Shown piece by piece: positions 8,718 to 17,031 of a stretch of DNA of 64,000 bases. Below the pieces are notes generated by a model. That model was given only the letters and a program-made list of their open reading frames with translations, ran no database searches and was not told the origin of the DNA. Within the stretch, counting starts at the first letter, position 1; each line of letters opens with the position of its first letter. Source of the DNA: Chloroflexota bacterium (GTDB lineage: Bacteria > Chloroflexota > Dehalococcoidia > Lucifugimonadales > UBA3495); contig JAPPCX010000003.1 in assembly GCA_028875655.1 (NCBI GenBank), positions 522 through 64,521 of the forward strand. Reading direction: 5' to 3'. The position numbers and the translations under genes were made by a program.

Positions 8718-9755
8718 TCACGCTTCAAGCACGCCCGTATGACGCAACTCGGACAGCTCTTCCCTGAATCCTTCCACCAGATCTATGCTGTGGCAAAGCA
8801 GGCCGGTGTTGATTGCCCCGGCGATGCCCTCGGCGGTGGATGAACCATGTCCCACCATCACCAGGCCGTCCACGCCGAACAGCGGCCCGCCCATGGTGCG
8901 GGGGAGGTTCATACTGGTCCACAACGCTCCGGCAATCTGTCTGAGCTGGGCTTCCGGCAAGAACTCGGCCAGCTGATGTTGCAGGTATGGCGCCAGCGCA
9001 GAACCCAACCCCTCAGCGAACTTGATCAGTATGTTGCCGATGAAACCGTCGCACACGATGACGTCAGCCTTGTCGGTGAAAAAGTCCATCCCCTCCACGT
9101 TGCCAACAAAATTCAGGTGGCTGTCCCGAAAGAGCGAATGACTTTCCTGTACCTGACGGTTTCCCTTAGCCGCCTCTTCTCCAACACTCAGCAATGCCAC
9201 GCGGGGATTTTCAATCTGTAACCGACGCCGGGCGAACACCACGCCCAGGGCCGCGAAACTCAGCAGCAGCGACGGGCGGGCATCAACGTTGCTGCCCAAG
9301 TCAACGACGGTGGTGTTGGGGGCCAGTCCGAGGAAGTTGCCGCCGATGCACGGGCGTTCCAGACCTTCAAGCAGCCCCAACGTGATCGTAGCCGTAGCCA
9401 TGGACGCGCCGGTTGAACCTACCGACACCACCATGTCGGCTTCGCCGGCGCGCAGCAGATTCATCGCTGTCACGATAGACGAACGGGGTTTCCGGCGTAA
9501 GGCGGATATGGGGTGCTCGTCATCCTCGATTTTGCCTTCAGAGGGCGCGATGGCGATGGGCAGAGCCTGGATGTCCGCGCCGTGTCTGGACAGTTCAGCG
9601 TCAACCGCCTCCTGGTCTCCAACCAGAGTTACGTGCAGTTGGGGATGGGCCGCCACCGCCGCCAGGGCACCGGGCACCGTAACGTCCGGGCCGTAGTCTC
9701 CCCCCATGGCGTCCAATGCGACGCGCACCCGCGCGGTATTCCCGTTACTACTCAT
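8718..9755 (-). CDS. plsX: Phosphate acyltransferase
   Basis: ALDAMGGDYGP, DLGSNVD, GEEAAKG, NFVGNVEG and DVIVCDGFIGN motifs. Confidence 0.93.
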   Translation of the reverse strand: MSSNGNTARVRVALDAMGGDYGPDVTVPGALAAVAAHPQLHVTLVGDQEAVDAELSRHGADIQALPIAIAPSEGKIEDDEHPISALRRKPRSSIVTAMNLLRAGEADMVVSVGSTGASMATATITLGLLEGLERPCIGGNFLGLAPNTTVVDLGSNVDARPSLLLSFAALGVVFARRRLQIENPRVALLSVGEEAAKGNRQVQESHSLFRDSHLNFVGNVEGMDFFTDKADVIVCDGFIGNILIKFAEGLGSALAPYLQHQLAEFLPEAQLRQIAGALWTSMNLPRTMGGPLFGVDGLVMVGHGSSTAEGIAGAINTGLLCHSIDLVEGFREELSELRHTGVLEA

Positions 9756-10213
9756 TATCGAGCTGCCCCTTGCTGCTCCGTTCCGACCAGCAGGCTGGCC
9801 GTGCCGGTGATGATCCGGTCTCCATTATCGGCGTTACGTACTTCGATGTTACAGGTGATTGTCGCGCCGGTTTCCCCGGATTCAGCCTTGGCTACGACAC
9901 CGTTCGCCTCGATAGTGTCGCCGGGATACGCCGCGCCGCGGAACCTTACCCGAAGACTGCCTGAGGTCAACCAATCCGCTCCGTATGCCTTGGTCATCAT
10001 TTCCGACACGAGTGTCAGCGTCAACATCCCGTGGGCGATTACGCCGCCGAACCGGGTCGCCGCCGCGAATTCGTCGTCGTAGTGTATGCGATTGTGGTCC
10101 CCGGAGGCGTTGCGATACGCATTTATGCCGTCTCGCGAGATTGCGCGCCGGACGGCCGGCAACTCATCACCTACTGCCGTACAGACGGGTGCGATGATTC
10201 CCGTGTCAACCAT
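9755..10213 (-). CDS. MaoC-family dehydratase (catalytic hot-dog subunit)
   Basis: SGDHNRIHYD...IAHGML hydratase-2 motif. Confidence 0.88.
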   Translation of the reverse strand: MVDTGIIAPVCTAVGDELPAVRRAISRDGINAYRNASGDHNRIHYDDEFAAATRFGGVIAHGMLTLTLVSEMMTKAYGADWLTSGSLRVRFRGAAYPGDTIEANGVVAKAESGETGATITCNIEVRNADNGDRIITGTASLLVGTEQQGAAR

Positions 10214-10649
10214 CGGAATCCTCGCCGGCCCGCTCGTCCGCGGATGGGGGCAGCAGGACCGTAGTGCGGCCACGCTGCAACTCGGCGCCGGAGTCGGCGT
10301 CGGTTACGCTGTAATTTACGGTCAGGAACCGCAAGCCGCCTCTTTCACGGGGCGGGTCAACCCGCGCGGTAGTCGCGGCGGTTATTCCGATGCGTGGGGC
10401 ACGGACGGTTTCTACGTCCTGTAGGCTGTGGATCGCGCCGTCGGGCAGGGACAGGCGATCCAGCAACAGGCCCACCACCCGGGCCGTCAGCATCAATGGC
10501 GGCGCGATGCCAGTGGCGCCGTAAATCGGCAGGTCGTCGCCCACCGCATCCAGGTATTCCCGTGCCGCGTCGGCAGTGATCTGCCAGCTTCCCAAGTCTA
10601 TGGCGGTGTCTTCCACAGTTATCCTGCGGCGTGCATATCCGGTATCCAT
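10206..10649 (-). CDS. MaoC-like hot-dog fold protein (N-terminal type, lacks the catalytic motif)
   Basis: YLDAVGD...IAPP...GAIHSLQ pattern; overlaps the MaoC gene. Start is uncertain. Confidence 0.7.
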   Translation of the reverse strand: MDTGYARRRITVEDTAIDLGSWQITADAAREYLDAVGDDLPIYGATGIAPPLMLTARVVGLLLDRLSLPDGAIHSLQDVETVRAPRIGITAATTARVDPPRERGGLRFLTVNYSVTDADSGAELQRGRTTVLLPPSADERAGEDSDG

Positions 10650-10683
10650 AGCGCGCCCGGATACACTATACACCATGCCCCGG

Positions 10684-11931
10684 TTACGCCTGCGGCAACC
10701 CGAAATCGTCCACCGCCATTTCTGACAGATATTCGCCAATCGCCAGCGATGACGTGGCGCCCGGCGACGGCGCGTTGAGCACGTGCAGGGCCTTCTGCCC
10801 CCGCAGGATGTGAAAGTCGTCCAGGATGGCGCCAGACGATGACACCGCCTGGGCCCGCACTCCGCTACCGCCGGGTTCCAGGTCGCTGGACTGGATTTCC
10901 GGTATCAGCTTTTGCAGGTCGCCCACGAACACCGACTTTCTGTACGAACGGTGCATCTCCTTCATACCGGTGCGCCAGTGCTTCGCGGTCATCTTCCAGA
11001 ATCCGGGAAACGTCAGCGCGCCGGCCGTTTCGCCCACGCTGATGTTGCCCTTGCGATAGCCCTCCCGCGCCCACGCCAGCACCGCATTGGGGCCCGCCTC
11101 GACGTAGCCGTGGATGTTGCGCGTGTAGTGAACGCCGAGGAACGGGAACCGGGGGTCGGGCACCGGATAGATCAACCCCTTCACCAGGTCGTGGCTCGAT
11201 TCGGCCAGCTTGTAGTACTCGCCGCGGAACGGGATGATGCGGACGTCGGTTTCCTCGCCCATCATACGGGCCAGCTTGTCGGCGTACAGGCCGCCACAGT
11301 TGATGACGTGTTTGGCTTGCAGCGCGCCGCGCTCGGTTTCCAGCGCCGTTCCGCTGCCAGTCTGCCGCGCCTGCCTTACTGCTGCTCCGGTGAAGATGTC
11401 CCCGCCGGCAGACTGGAACTTGCCGGCATAGGCGTTGGCGACGCGCACGTAATCGACGATGCCGGTGTGGGGCGCCCACAGCGCGCGCACGCCCCTGGTG
11501 TGCGGCTCAATCTCCGCCAGCCGGTCCGGCTCCACGATTTGCAGGTCGGGCACGCCGTTGGCCACTCCACGCTCGTACAGGTCCTGTAGTCGGCCCAGCT
11601 CGCTCTCGTGGGTGGCAACGATCACCTTACCGCAGGGGTCGTACTCAATCTCGTTCTCGTCGCAGAACCTGATCAGGCGGTCCTTGCCGCCCACGCAGAA
11701 ACGGGCTTTCCACGAGCCGGGGCGATAGTAGATGCCGGAATGAATCACGCCGCTGTTGTGTCCGGTCTGGTGCTGGGCCAGTTGGTCCTCTTTCTCGATG
11801 ACCGCGACGCTGAGATCGGGCGACCGTTCCAGCAACTGCATGGCGGTGGACAGGCCGATGATGCCGCCGCCGACAATCGCCACGTCGTAAACGCGCGTTT
11901 CCACCGAACTAGCATTGCCATTGGTCGTCAT
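10684..11931 (-). CDS. lhgO: L-2-hydroxyglutarate oxidase
   Basis: GGGIIG, HQTGHNSGVIHSGIYY, PFRGEYY, PFLGVH and NAPSPGAT motifs. Confidence 0.92.
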   Translation of the reverse strand: MTTNGNASSVETRVYDVAIVGGGIIGLSTAMQLLERSPDLSVAVIEKEDQLAQHQTGHNSGVIHSGIYYRPGSWKARFCVGGKDRLIRFCDENEIEYDPCGKVIVATHESELGRLQDLYERGVANGVPDLQIVEPDRLAEIEPHTRGVRALWAPHTGIVDYVRVANAYAGKFQSAGGDIFTGAAVRQARQTGSGTALETERGALQAKHVINCGGLYADKLARMMGEETDVRIIPFRGEYYKLAESSHDLVKGLIYPVPDPRFPFLGVHYTRNIHGYVEAGPNAVLAWAREGYRKGNISVGETAGALTFPGFWKMTAKHWRTGMKEMHRSYRKSVFVGDLQKLIPEIQSSDLEPGGSGVRAQAVSSSGAILDDFHILRGQKALHVLNAPSPGATSSLAIGEYLSEMAVDDFGLPQA

Positions 11932-12021
11932 AGTTGCCTCCGAATCCGTACTGTCCACAAACGCGCATTTCACCGGCAGTTTGTCAAAACTGCGACGGCT
12001 GCGCAAGGTGCAATGCAAAGG

Positions 12022-12399
12022 TTAGAGCCCGACCTGCGCGGCCAGGCTGAGCGGCGCGAGGATGAGCGTTGCCACGAAAAACACCAGCGCAAAACAGGTT
12101 GAGGCCCAGCTCAGAAAACTCACGAAGCTTGCGATCGTCTGACCCTCGCCTAAACGGTTGTGCCAGGTGCAACAGACCGCTGCCGAAATGGCGAAGAATA
12201 TAGTCGCTGCGGCGACCAGCACGCCGGGATTAACCGTCGCCCCCACTGCCAGATTGACATCTACACCGGCGACTTCGGGCTTTTCCAATAGCTGCACGAC
12301 TTTCACGTTACCGCCAACCGCCGCCATCAGCAGCGCCGATATTACGGCCAACGCGAGGTTGACAGCAAGCAGGTCATAGCGTGCCCTTTGCGGCGACAT
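12022..12399 (-). CDS. Small hypothetical membrane protein
   Basis: 125 aa with three hydrophobic segments; fills the gap co-directionally. Confidence 0.5.
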   Translation of the reverse strand: MSPQRARYDLLAVNLALAVISALLMAAVGGNVKVVQLLEKPEVAGVDVNLAVGATVNPGVLVAAATIFFAISAAVCCTWHNRLGEGQTIASFVSFLSWASTCFALVFFVATLILAPLSLAAQVGL

Positions 12400-12429
12400 G
12401 GACGACGGGTCAGCGAAAACGGTATCGGC

Positions 12430-13203
12430 CTATACCGTTGAAACCGGCTCCCCGTAAACTTCCCGGTATTCCCTGGAATCCAAAGACGCTTCCCGTTCCG
12501 TCAGCGCTTCCACCACAATCAGTGCGACGGTATCCGCCGCGTCAGGATGCGCCAGTACATCGGAGGCTGAACTGGGGTTGGGAATGGATGCTCCGTTGGT
12601 AGCCAGATTAGCCAAGTGGCGAGCTAACGCCGGCCGCGCCGCCTTACAGGTTTGTTCAAGGGTGTTGCCGTAAGCGACACAACCGGGGAGGTCAGGAAAG
12701 CCGACGGAAAACTCGCCGGCCGCATCCTGGCGAACCAACGCGGCGTAGATATGATCCGCGTCAGCGCCCGCTACCGGCCGCAATGCAATGCCGGCCTTGA
12801 CTGCCTCGGATTCGAAAGAATCTTCATAATAGGGCAAGTCATTCAATTCATCTTCAGTGAGCGGATCGCCGTAGATTTCGCGGTACTCGTCCGATGCCAG
12901 AAACGCCTCCAACTCCGCCTGCGCTTCTTCTTCCGTCCGTTCCGGCAGGGCTTCTACCACAATCAGTGCGATGGCATAGTCCGCGTCTTCACTAGCCAAA
13001 GCAGCATCAGGGGGGCAGGGCGGCGGGATGTGCACGCCGTCGGCGGCCATTCCTTCCAGGCACAGGGCCAAAGCTTCCCGCGCCATTTCGCGAGCTTCTT
13101 CAAAAGTATCACCGCCGGATGTACAGCCCGGAAAATCAGGAAACGTTACTCCAAAACTGCTGCCTGGGTCCTTGTGGATCAGGGCCAGGTAAGTTCGTTC
13201 CAT
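12430..13203 (-). CDS. hicB: HicB-family antitoxin with two tandem HicB domains
   Basis: FGVTFPDFPGCTSGGDTFEEA and FSVGFPDLPGCVAYGNTLEQ; start overlaps the hicA stop. Confidence 0.88.
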   Translation of the reverse strand: MERTYLALIHKDPGSSFGVTFPDFPGCTSGGDTFEEAREMAREALALCLEGMAADGVHIPPPCPPDAALASEDADYAIALIVVEALPERTEEEAQAELEAFLASDEYREIYGDPLTEDELNDLPYYEDSFESEAVKAGIALRPVAGADADHIYAALVRQDAAGEFSVGFPDLPGCVAYGNTLEQTCKAARPALARHLANLATNGASIPNPSSASDVLAHPDAADTVALIVVEALTEREASLDSREYREVYGEPVSTV

Positions 13204-13406
13204 CACCGCCTCCTTTGTGGTCGCAGCCTCACGCCAGACTGCTTTTCGATGTTCACCAGGGTTCCTATTGGGACGTCTTGCTGGGGATGGGTCACAGTGG
13301 TTGTGCCGGGTTTGTCGGGGTGTCGCATCTGGTGATGCGAACCGGTGATGTGGTGAACATACCACCCATCCTCACGCAACAATCGCAACACCTCTCTGCT
13401 GTGCAT
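13203..13406 (-). CDS. hicA: HicA mRNA interferase toxin
   Basis: DGWY..HITGSHHQMRHP...P..DVPIGTL.NIEKQSG. Confidence 0.92.
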   Translation of the reverse strand: MHSREVLRLLREDGWYVHHITGSHHQMRHPDKPGTTTVTHPQQDVPIGTLVNIEKQSGVRLRPQRRR

Positions 13407-13413
13407 GGGCGGT

Positions 13414-13419
13414 ATTATA
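13414..13419 (-). promoter_or_regulatory. -10 element (TATAAT) of hicAB, probably leaderless
   Basis: Perfect TATAAT 7 nt upstream of the hicA ATG; no SD. Confidence 0.55.
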
Positions 13420-13481
13420 CACTCAGCTTGTGTTCAGCCCGCGTTGCGCCAACCCTCGGCCCTCGCTATGCTTACCCTGCC

Positions 13482-14804
13482 ATGACTGCATCCCAACCTG
13501 ATTTTACCCAGCGAATTGCCCGGTTCGGCGCAAGCATCGCCGCTAATCCCGACGATCTGCCCGCGCCCGTCGCCGACATCTGCCGCGACATGATGCTCAA
13601 CGCCGCCGCCGCCGCGCTGGCCGGCGCCGCTCACCCCGATGGCACCGCCATGGCTCGCGGTCTGCGCGCCATGGGTGGAAACGGACGCAGCACCATCATT
13701 GGGATGGGGCAGCGCACGTCCCCGGTATATGCCGCGCTCGTGAACGGAACACTGATCCGCCTGCTGGATTACGACGACAATCTCTTCGACTCTACTGCGG
13801 CAAGCGCGGCGCAGGTGAATCCGACGGCCGCCGTGTTTCCGGCGGTGATGGCACTGGGCGAGATGCACGGCTATGCGGGGAACTCGGTCCTGGCGGCTTT
13901 CGCAGTGGGTTGTGAAGTCATCGCCCGACTTTCGGCGGTTCCGCAGATAGTAGGCTCCGCCGGAGCCATCGGAGCCTCCACCGCCTCGGCCATGCTGTTC
14001 GCGCCGGAGGAAGGGACGATTGCCAACGCGGTTGGCTTGGCCGCGTTTGCCGCCGACTCCGGCGTGGCTTACGGGTCTGCCGGGGCATCCAGTCTGGCCA
14101 GTGGATACGCGGCAATGCACGGCGTCCTCGCCGCCATCACCGCCGCCGAAGAGATCGAGGCATCGCCGGCGCATGATCCGGTCGCGTCCGATGTGCTGGC
14201 CGACTTGGGACGGGACTGGCGCTTGCTGGATCCGGGTGTAACCATCCGCTTGTATCCCTGCCATCCGGCCAGCCACAGCGTCATCGATGCCGTCCTGGGA
14301 TTGTCGCAACTCCATCGATTCGAGCCCCACGAAATCGCGTCCGCGCACGTTGGAGTGACCGCCGAGACGCTGGCGCATCTTCCCAATCACGTGCCCTCGG
14401 ACGGCTGGCAGGCGCGCACTTCGATTGGATTCATCGCCGCTGCGACGCTGTGCCACGGCCAGCCGCTGATCAATTACTTCTCCGATGCGGCAGTACGGGA
14501 TGAGGGAGTCCGAGCCGTGATGGAACGTATCTCCGTGGAGGCGACGCTTCCCGCATCCCCGCTGGCGCCCAACCCGGCCGAGGTGTCGGTTACCCTCACC
14601 GACGGGCAGGTTCTGCGCCACCGCGTTGACCATTCGCGCGGCACGCCGGCGGTGCCCCTCGACCCGGAAGAGCTGGAGGCCAAGTTCCTCTACTGCACCC
14701 GTTACATCCTGCCGGCCGACCACATCGACGAGGCCATCGCCAGCTTCCGAGGCATCGCGGAAATCGAAAACGTAACCGGCATGGCGTCCGTCCTGGGCGG
14801 CTAG
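13482..14804 (+). CDS. MmgE/PrpD family protein (divergent)
   Basis: ALVNGTL..LLDYDD, YPCH and RGTP..PL..EELEAKF motifs. The conserved HP is replaced by NP. Confidence 0.85.
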   Translation: MTASQPDFTQRIARFGASIAANPDDLPAPVADICRDMMLNAAAAALAGAAHPDGTAMARGLRAMGGNGRSTIIGMGQRTSPVYAALVNGTLIRLLDYDDNLFDSTAASAAQVNPTAAVFPAVMALGEMHGYAGNSVLAAFAVGCEVIARLSAVPQIVGSAGAIGASTASAMLFAPEEGTIANAVGLAAFAADSGVAYGSAGASSLASGYAAMHGVLAAITAAEEIEASPAHDPVASDVLADLGRDWRLLDPGVTIRLYPCHPASHSVIDAVLGLSQLHRFEPHEIASAHVGVTAETLAHLPNHVPSDGWQARTSIGFIAAATLCHGQPLINYFSDAAVRDEGVRAVMERISVEATLPASPLAPNPAEVSVTLTDGQVLRHRVDHSRGTPAVPLDPEELEAKFLYCTRYILPADHIDEAIASFRGIAEIENVTGMASVLGG

Positions 14805-14871
14805 CCAAGTCAAATGAAATCCCGTTCATCCCGTTCGTCCATGTGAATAAATCCCCGGGAGGCTAAACACC

Positions 14872-15840
14872 ATGAAAGGCATCCGCGCTTACGAAACCGG
14901 CAGCCCCGACGTCCTCAAGTATGAAGAAATGCCTGAACCGGCGCCGGCGTCCGGCGAGGCGGTCGTCGCCATCCGCAACATCGGCGTCAACTACACCGAC
15001 GTATCCAGCCGTAAGGGAACCAACCCGCCGGCGACGTTTCCCTGGACGCCGGGCCGGGAAGCCTCCGGCGTCGTCACCGCCATCGGTGAGGGCGTCACCG
15101 AGGTATCGGTAGGCGACCGGGTGGCCTACGCCATGCACACCGGCTCCTACGCTGAGCAGCAGGCAGTATCCGCTTGGTTGCTGGTGCGGATCCCCGATGA
15201 AATGGACTTTGAGACCGGCGCGGCCACGCTGCTCCAGTGCATGACGGCGCACTTCCTGGTCAACGACATCATCCCTTTACGGGCAGGGCAGCGGGCGCTG
15301 GTTCACGCCGGCGCCGGCGGCATGGGCCTGCTGTTGATCCAGATGCTCAAGCGCATGGGGCTGCACGTGTACACCACCGTGTCCACCGATGAGAAAGCGG
15401 CCATGGCCAACGAGGCCGGCGCGGACGACGTGATCCTGTACACGCAGCAGGATTTCGAGGAGGAGATTCGCCGGATGACCGATGGCGAGGGCGTCAAGAT
15501 AATCTACGACGCGGTGGGCGCGACCACCTTCGAGAAGGGTTTGCGCATCCTGGGACGGCGCGGTTGCATGGCGCTATACGGGCAGGCCGGCGGGCCGGTA
15601 GGCATGGTGGACTCCGGGATGCTGCGCAACGGGTCGCTGTTCCTGACCCGGCCGACGCTGGGCGACTACACCGCAACACGCCCGGAGTTGCTGCAAAGGG
15701 CGGAGGAATGCCTGGCTTGGGTGCAATCCGGCGAAATCAAGCTCAACGTAACCCTGAACCTGCCGCTGTCAGAAGCGTCTGAAGCGCACCGCAGGCTGGA
15801 GGGACGGGAGACCACCGGGAAGATTTTGCTGACGCCGTGA
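14872..15840 (+). CDS. qor: NADPH:quinone oxidoreductase (zeta-crystallin-like MDR)
   Basis: IGVNYTD, PGREASG, HAGAGGMG and GSLFLTRPTL motifs. Confidence 0.9.
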   Translation: MKGIRAYETGSPDVLKYEEMPEPAPASGEAVVAIRNIGVNYTDVSSRKGTNPPATFPWTPGREASGVVTAIGEGVTEVSVGDRVAYAMHTGSYAEQQAVSAWLLVRIPDEMDFETGAATLLQCMTAHFLVNDIIPLRAGQRALVHAGAGGMGLLLIQMLKRMGLHVYTTVSTDEKAAMANEAGADDVILYTQQDFEEEIRRMTDGEGVKIIYDAVGATTFEKGLRILGRRGCMALYGQAGGPVGMVDSGMLRNGSLFLTRPTLGDYTATRPELLQRAEECLAWVQSGEIKLNVTLNLPLSEASEAHRRLEGRETTGKILLTP

Positions 15841-15889
15841 TAGACTCAAAAAGCACTGTGCAGAATCATCCGCACCGCCGGAGGAAACC

Positions 15890-16207
15890 ATGACTGAGGC
15901 AATTCCCTTTCAAGATAAACTGCATACGCTCACCGTTGAAGAATTCGGTGAGCAATACCGGTCAATCATCGAAGCCGTTTTCAAGCAGGACGGATTAGCC
16001 ATCATCTTTGATGGCGACAAGCCTATAGTGGAGATAACCCGCTACGAAGAAGTACATGACCCCATCCGAGGCTCTCTCAAAGGGAAGATGGAAATCCACG
16101 GCGACATCGTATCTCCGCTACCGTCAGAATGGTACGCCTTACGCACCGACCAAGATGAAGAGTGGTACGGCCCGTACACCGGCCAGGATGAGGAGCAACC
16201 TGCTTGA
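15890..16207 (+). CDS. Phd/YefM-like antitoxin (VapB partner)
   Basis: KPIVEI...GSLKGKMEIHGDIVSPL tail typical of antitoxins preceding PIN genes; overlaps vapC. Confidence 0.75.
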   Translation: MTEAIPFQDKLHTLTVEEFGEQYRSIIEAVFKQDGLAIIFDGDKPIVEITRYEEVHDPIRGSLKGKMEIHGDIVSPLPSEWYALRTDQDEEWYGPYTGQDEEQPA

Positions 16208-16602
16208 TACTGCCGGACACGCACACCCTGCTATGGTATATGGCTTTAAATCCTAGGCTTGGAACACAGGCCGAACACCGGATACTAAGATCCAGAATAC
16301 TCGGAGAGGTCGCATTTTCGGCGATCTCAGTTTGGGAAGTTGCCCTGCTGCTGGCGAAGGGCCGTCTCACCCTCAACGTCTCTGCCATACAGTGGCGTCA
16401 AAACTTGCTGGGCGCGGGGTTCATCGAAATTCCGGTTGACGGCGCAATCGCCGCTCGTTCCGTCGCCCTGCCTGATTTTCACGATGATCCCGCCGACCGT
16501 ATCATCGTAGCCACCGCTCTGGATGGCCACCAGCTGATCACCGACGACCGCGACATACTCAACTGGCCCGGCCTGCTCAACCGATTTCCGGCTGGCCGGT
16601 GA
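16204..16602 (+). CDS. vapC: PIN-domain VapC toxin
   Basis: DTHTLLW, SAISVWEV, HDDPADRIIVATA and LITDD; acidic catalytic residues intact. Confidence 0.9.
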   Translation: MILPDTHTLLWYMALNPRLGTQAEHRILRSRILGEVAFSAISVWEVALLLAKGRLTLNVSAIQWRQNLLGAGFIEIPVDGAIAARSVALPDFHDDPADRIIVATALDGHQLITDDRDILNWPGLLNRFPAGR

Positions 16603-17024
16603 ACGGTGCCCAAATGGCAGCTCACCGCCGCATTTACCTGGTTTCCTGCGTTTCGCAGAAAACGCCGTACCGTGCTCCCGCTCAGGATTTATATACGTCC
16701 TCTTGGTTTCAAAAAGCCCGCGCTTATGTGTTAAAGTCCGGCTCCCCTTGGTTCATTCTGTCGGCAGAGCACGGCTTGGTACACCCTGACGACGTTTTGG
16801 ATCCCTACGAAAAGACCTTGAACAATATGCGCGCTGCCGAGCGACGTGCCTGGGCGGAAAAAGTCCAACATCAAATGGAAACGACGCTGCCGGACGCCGA
16901 CGAGATCGTCCTTTTTGCTGGCCAGCGTTACCGAGAGTACATCGAACCCTGGTTGCGTGGCCGCTTCGTCAGTGTCCAGGTTCCGATGCAGGGCCTTCCG
17001 ATTGGCAAGCAATTGCAATTGTAA
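16599..17024 (+). CDS. DUF6884-like protein
   Basis: LVSCVSQK...PAQDLYTSSWF, WFILSAEHGL, PYEKTL, AGQRY and PMQGLPIGKQLQ motifs. Confidence 0.8.
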   Translation: MNGAQMAAHRRIYLVSCVSQKTPYRAPAQDLYTSSWFQKARAYVLKSGSPWFILSAEHGLVHPDDVLDPYEKTLNNMRAAERRAWAEKVQHQMETTLPDADEIVLFAGQRYREYIEPWLRGRFVSVQVPMQGLPIGKQLQL

Positions 17025-17031
17025 TCTGAAA

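Noticed and set aside
14819-14847. Short ATCCCGTTC tandem repeat, and related AATCC-type motifs at about 52645 and 63488
   Set aside because: Probably degenerate small intergenic repeats, but too short and diverged to call from this window alone.
12430-17031. Extended N-termini in the ORF track (hicB from 13365, mmgE from 13119, GIY-YIG gene from 16846); the same applies to the trpE, second MFS and tig ORFs
   Set aside because: The extensions overlap other real genes or regulatory leaders. Downstream starts fit family boundaries and SD or coupling signals.
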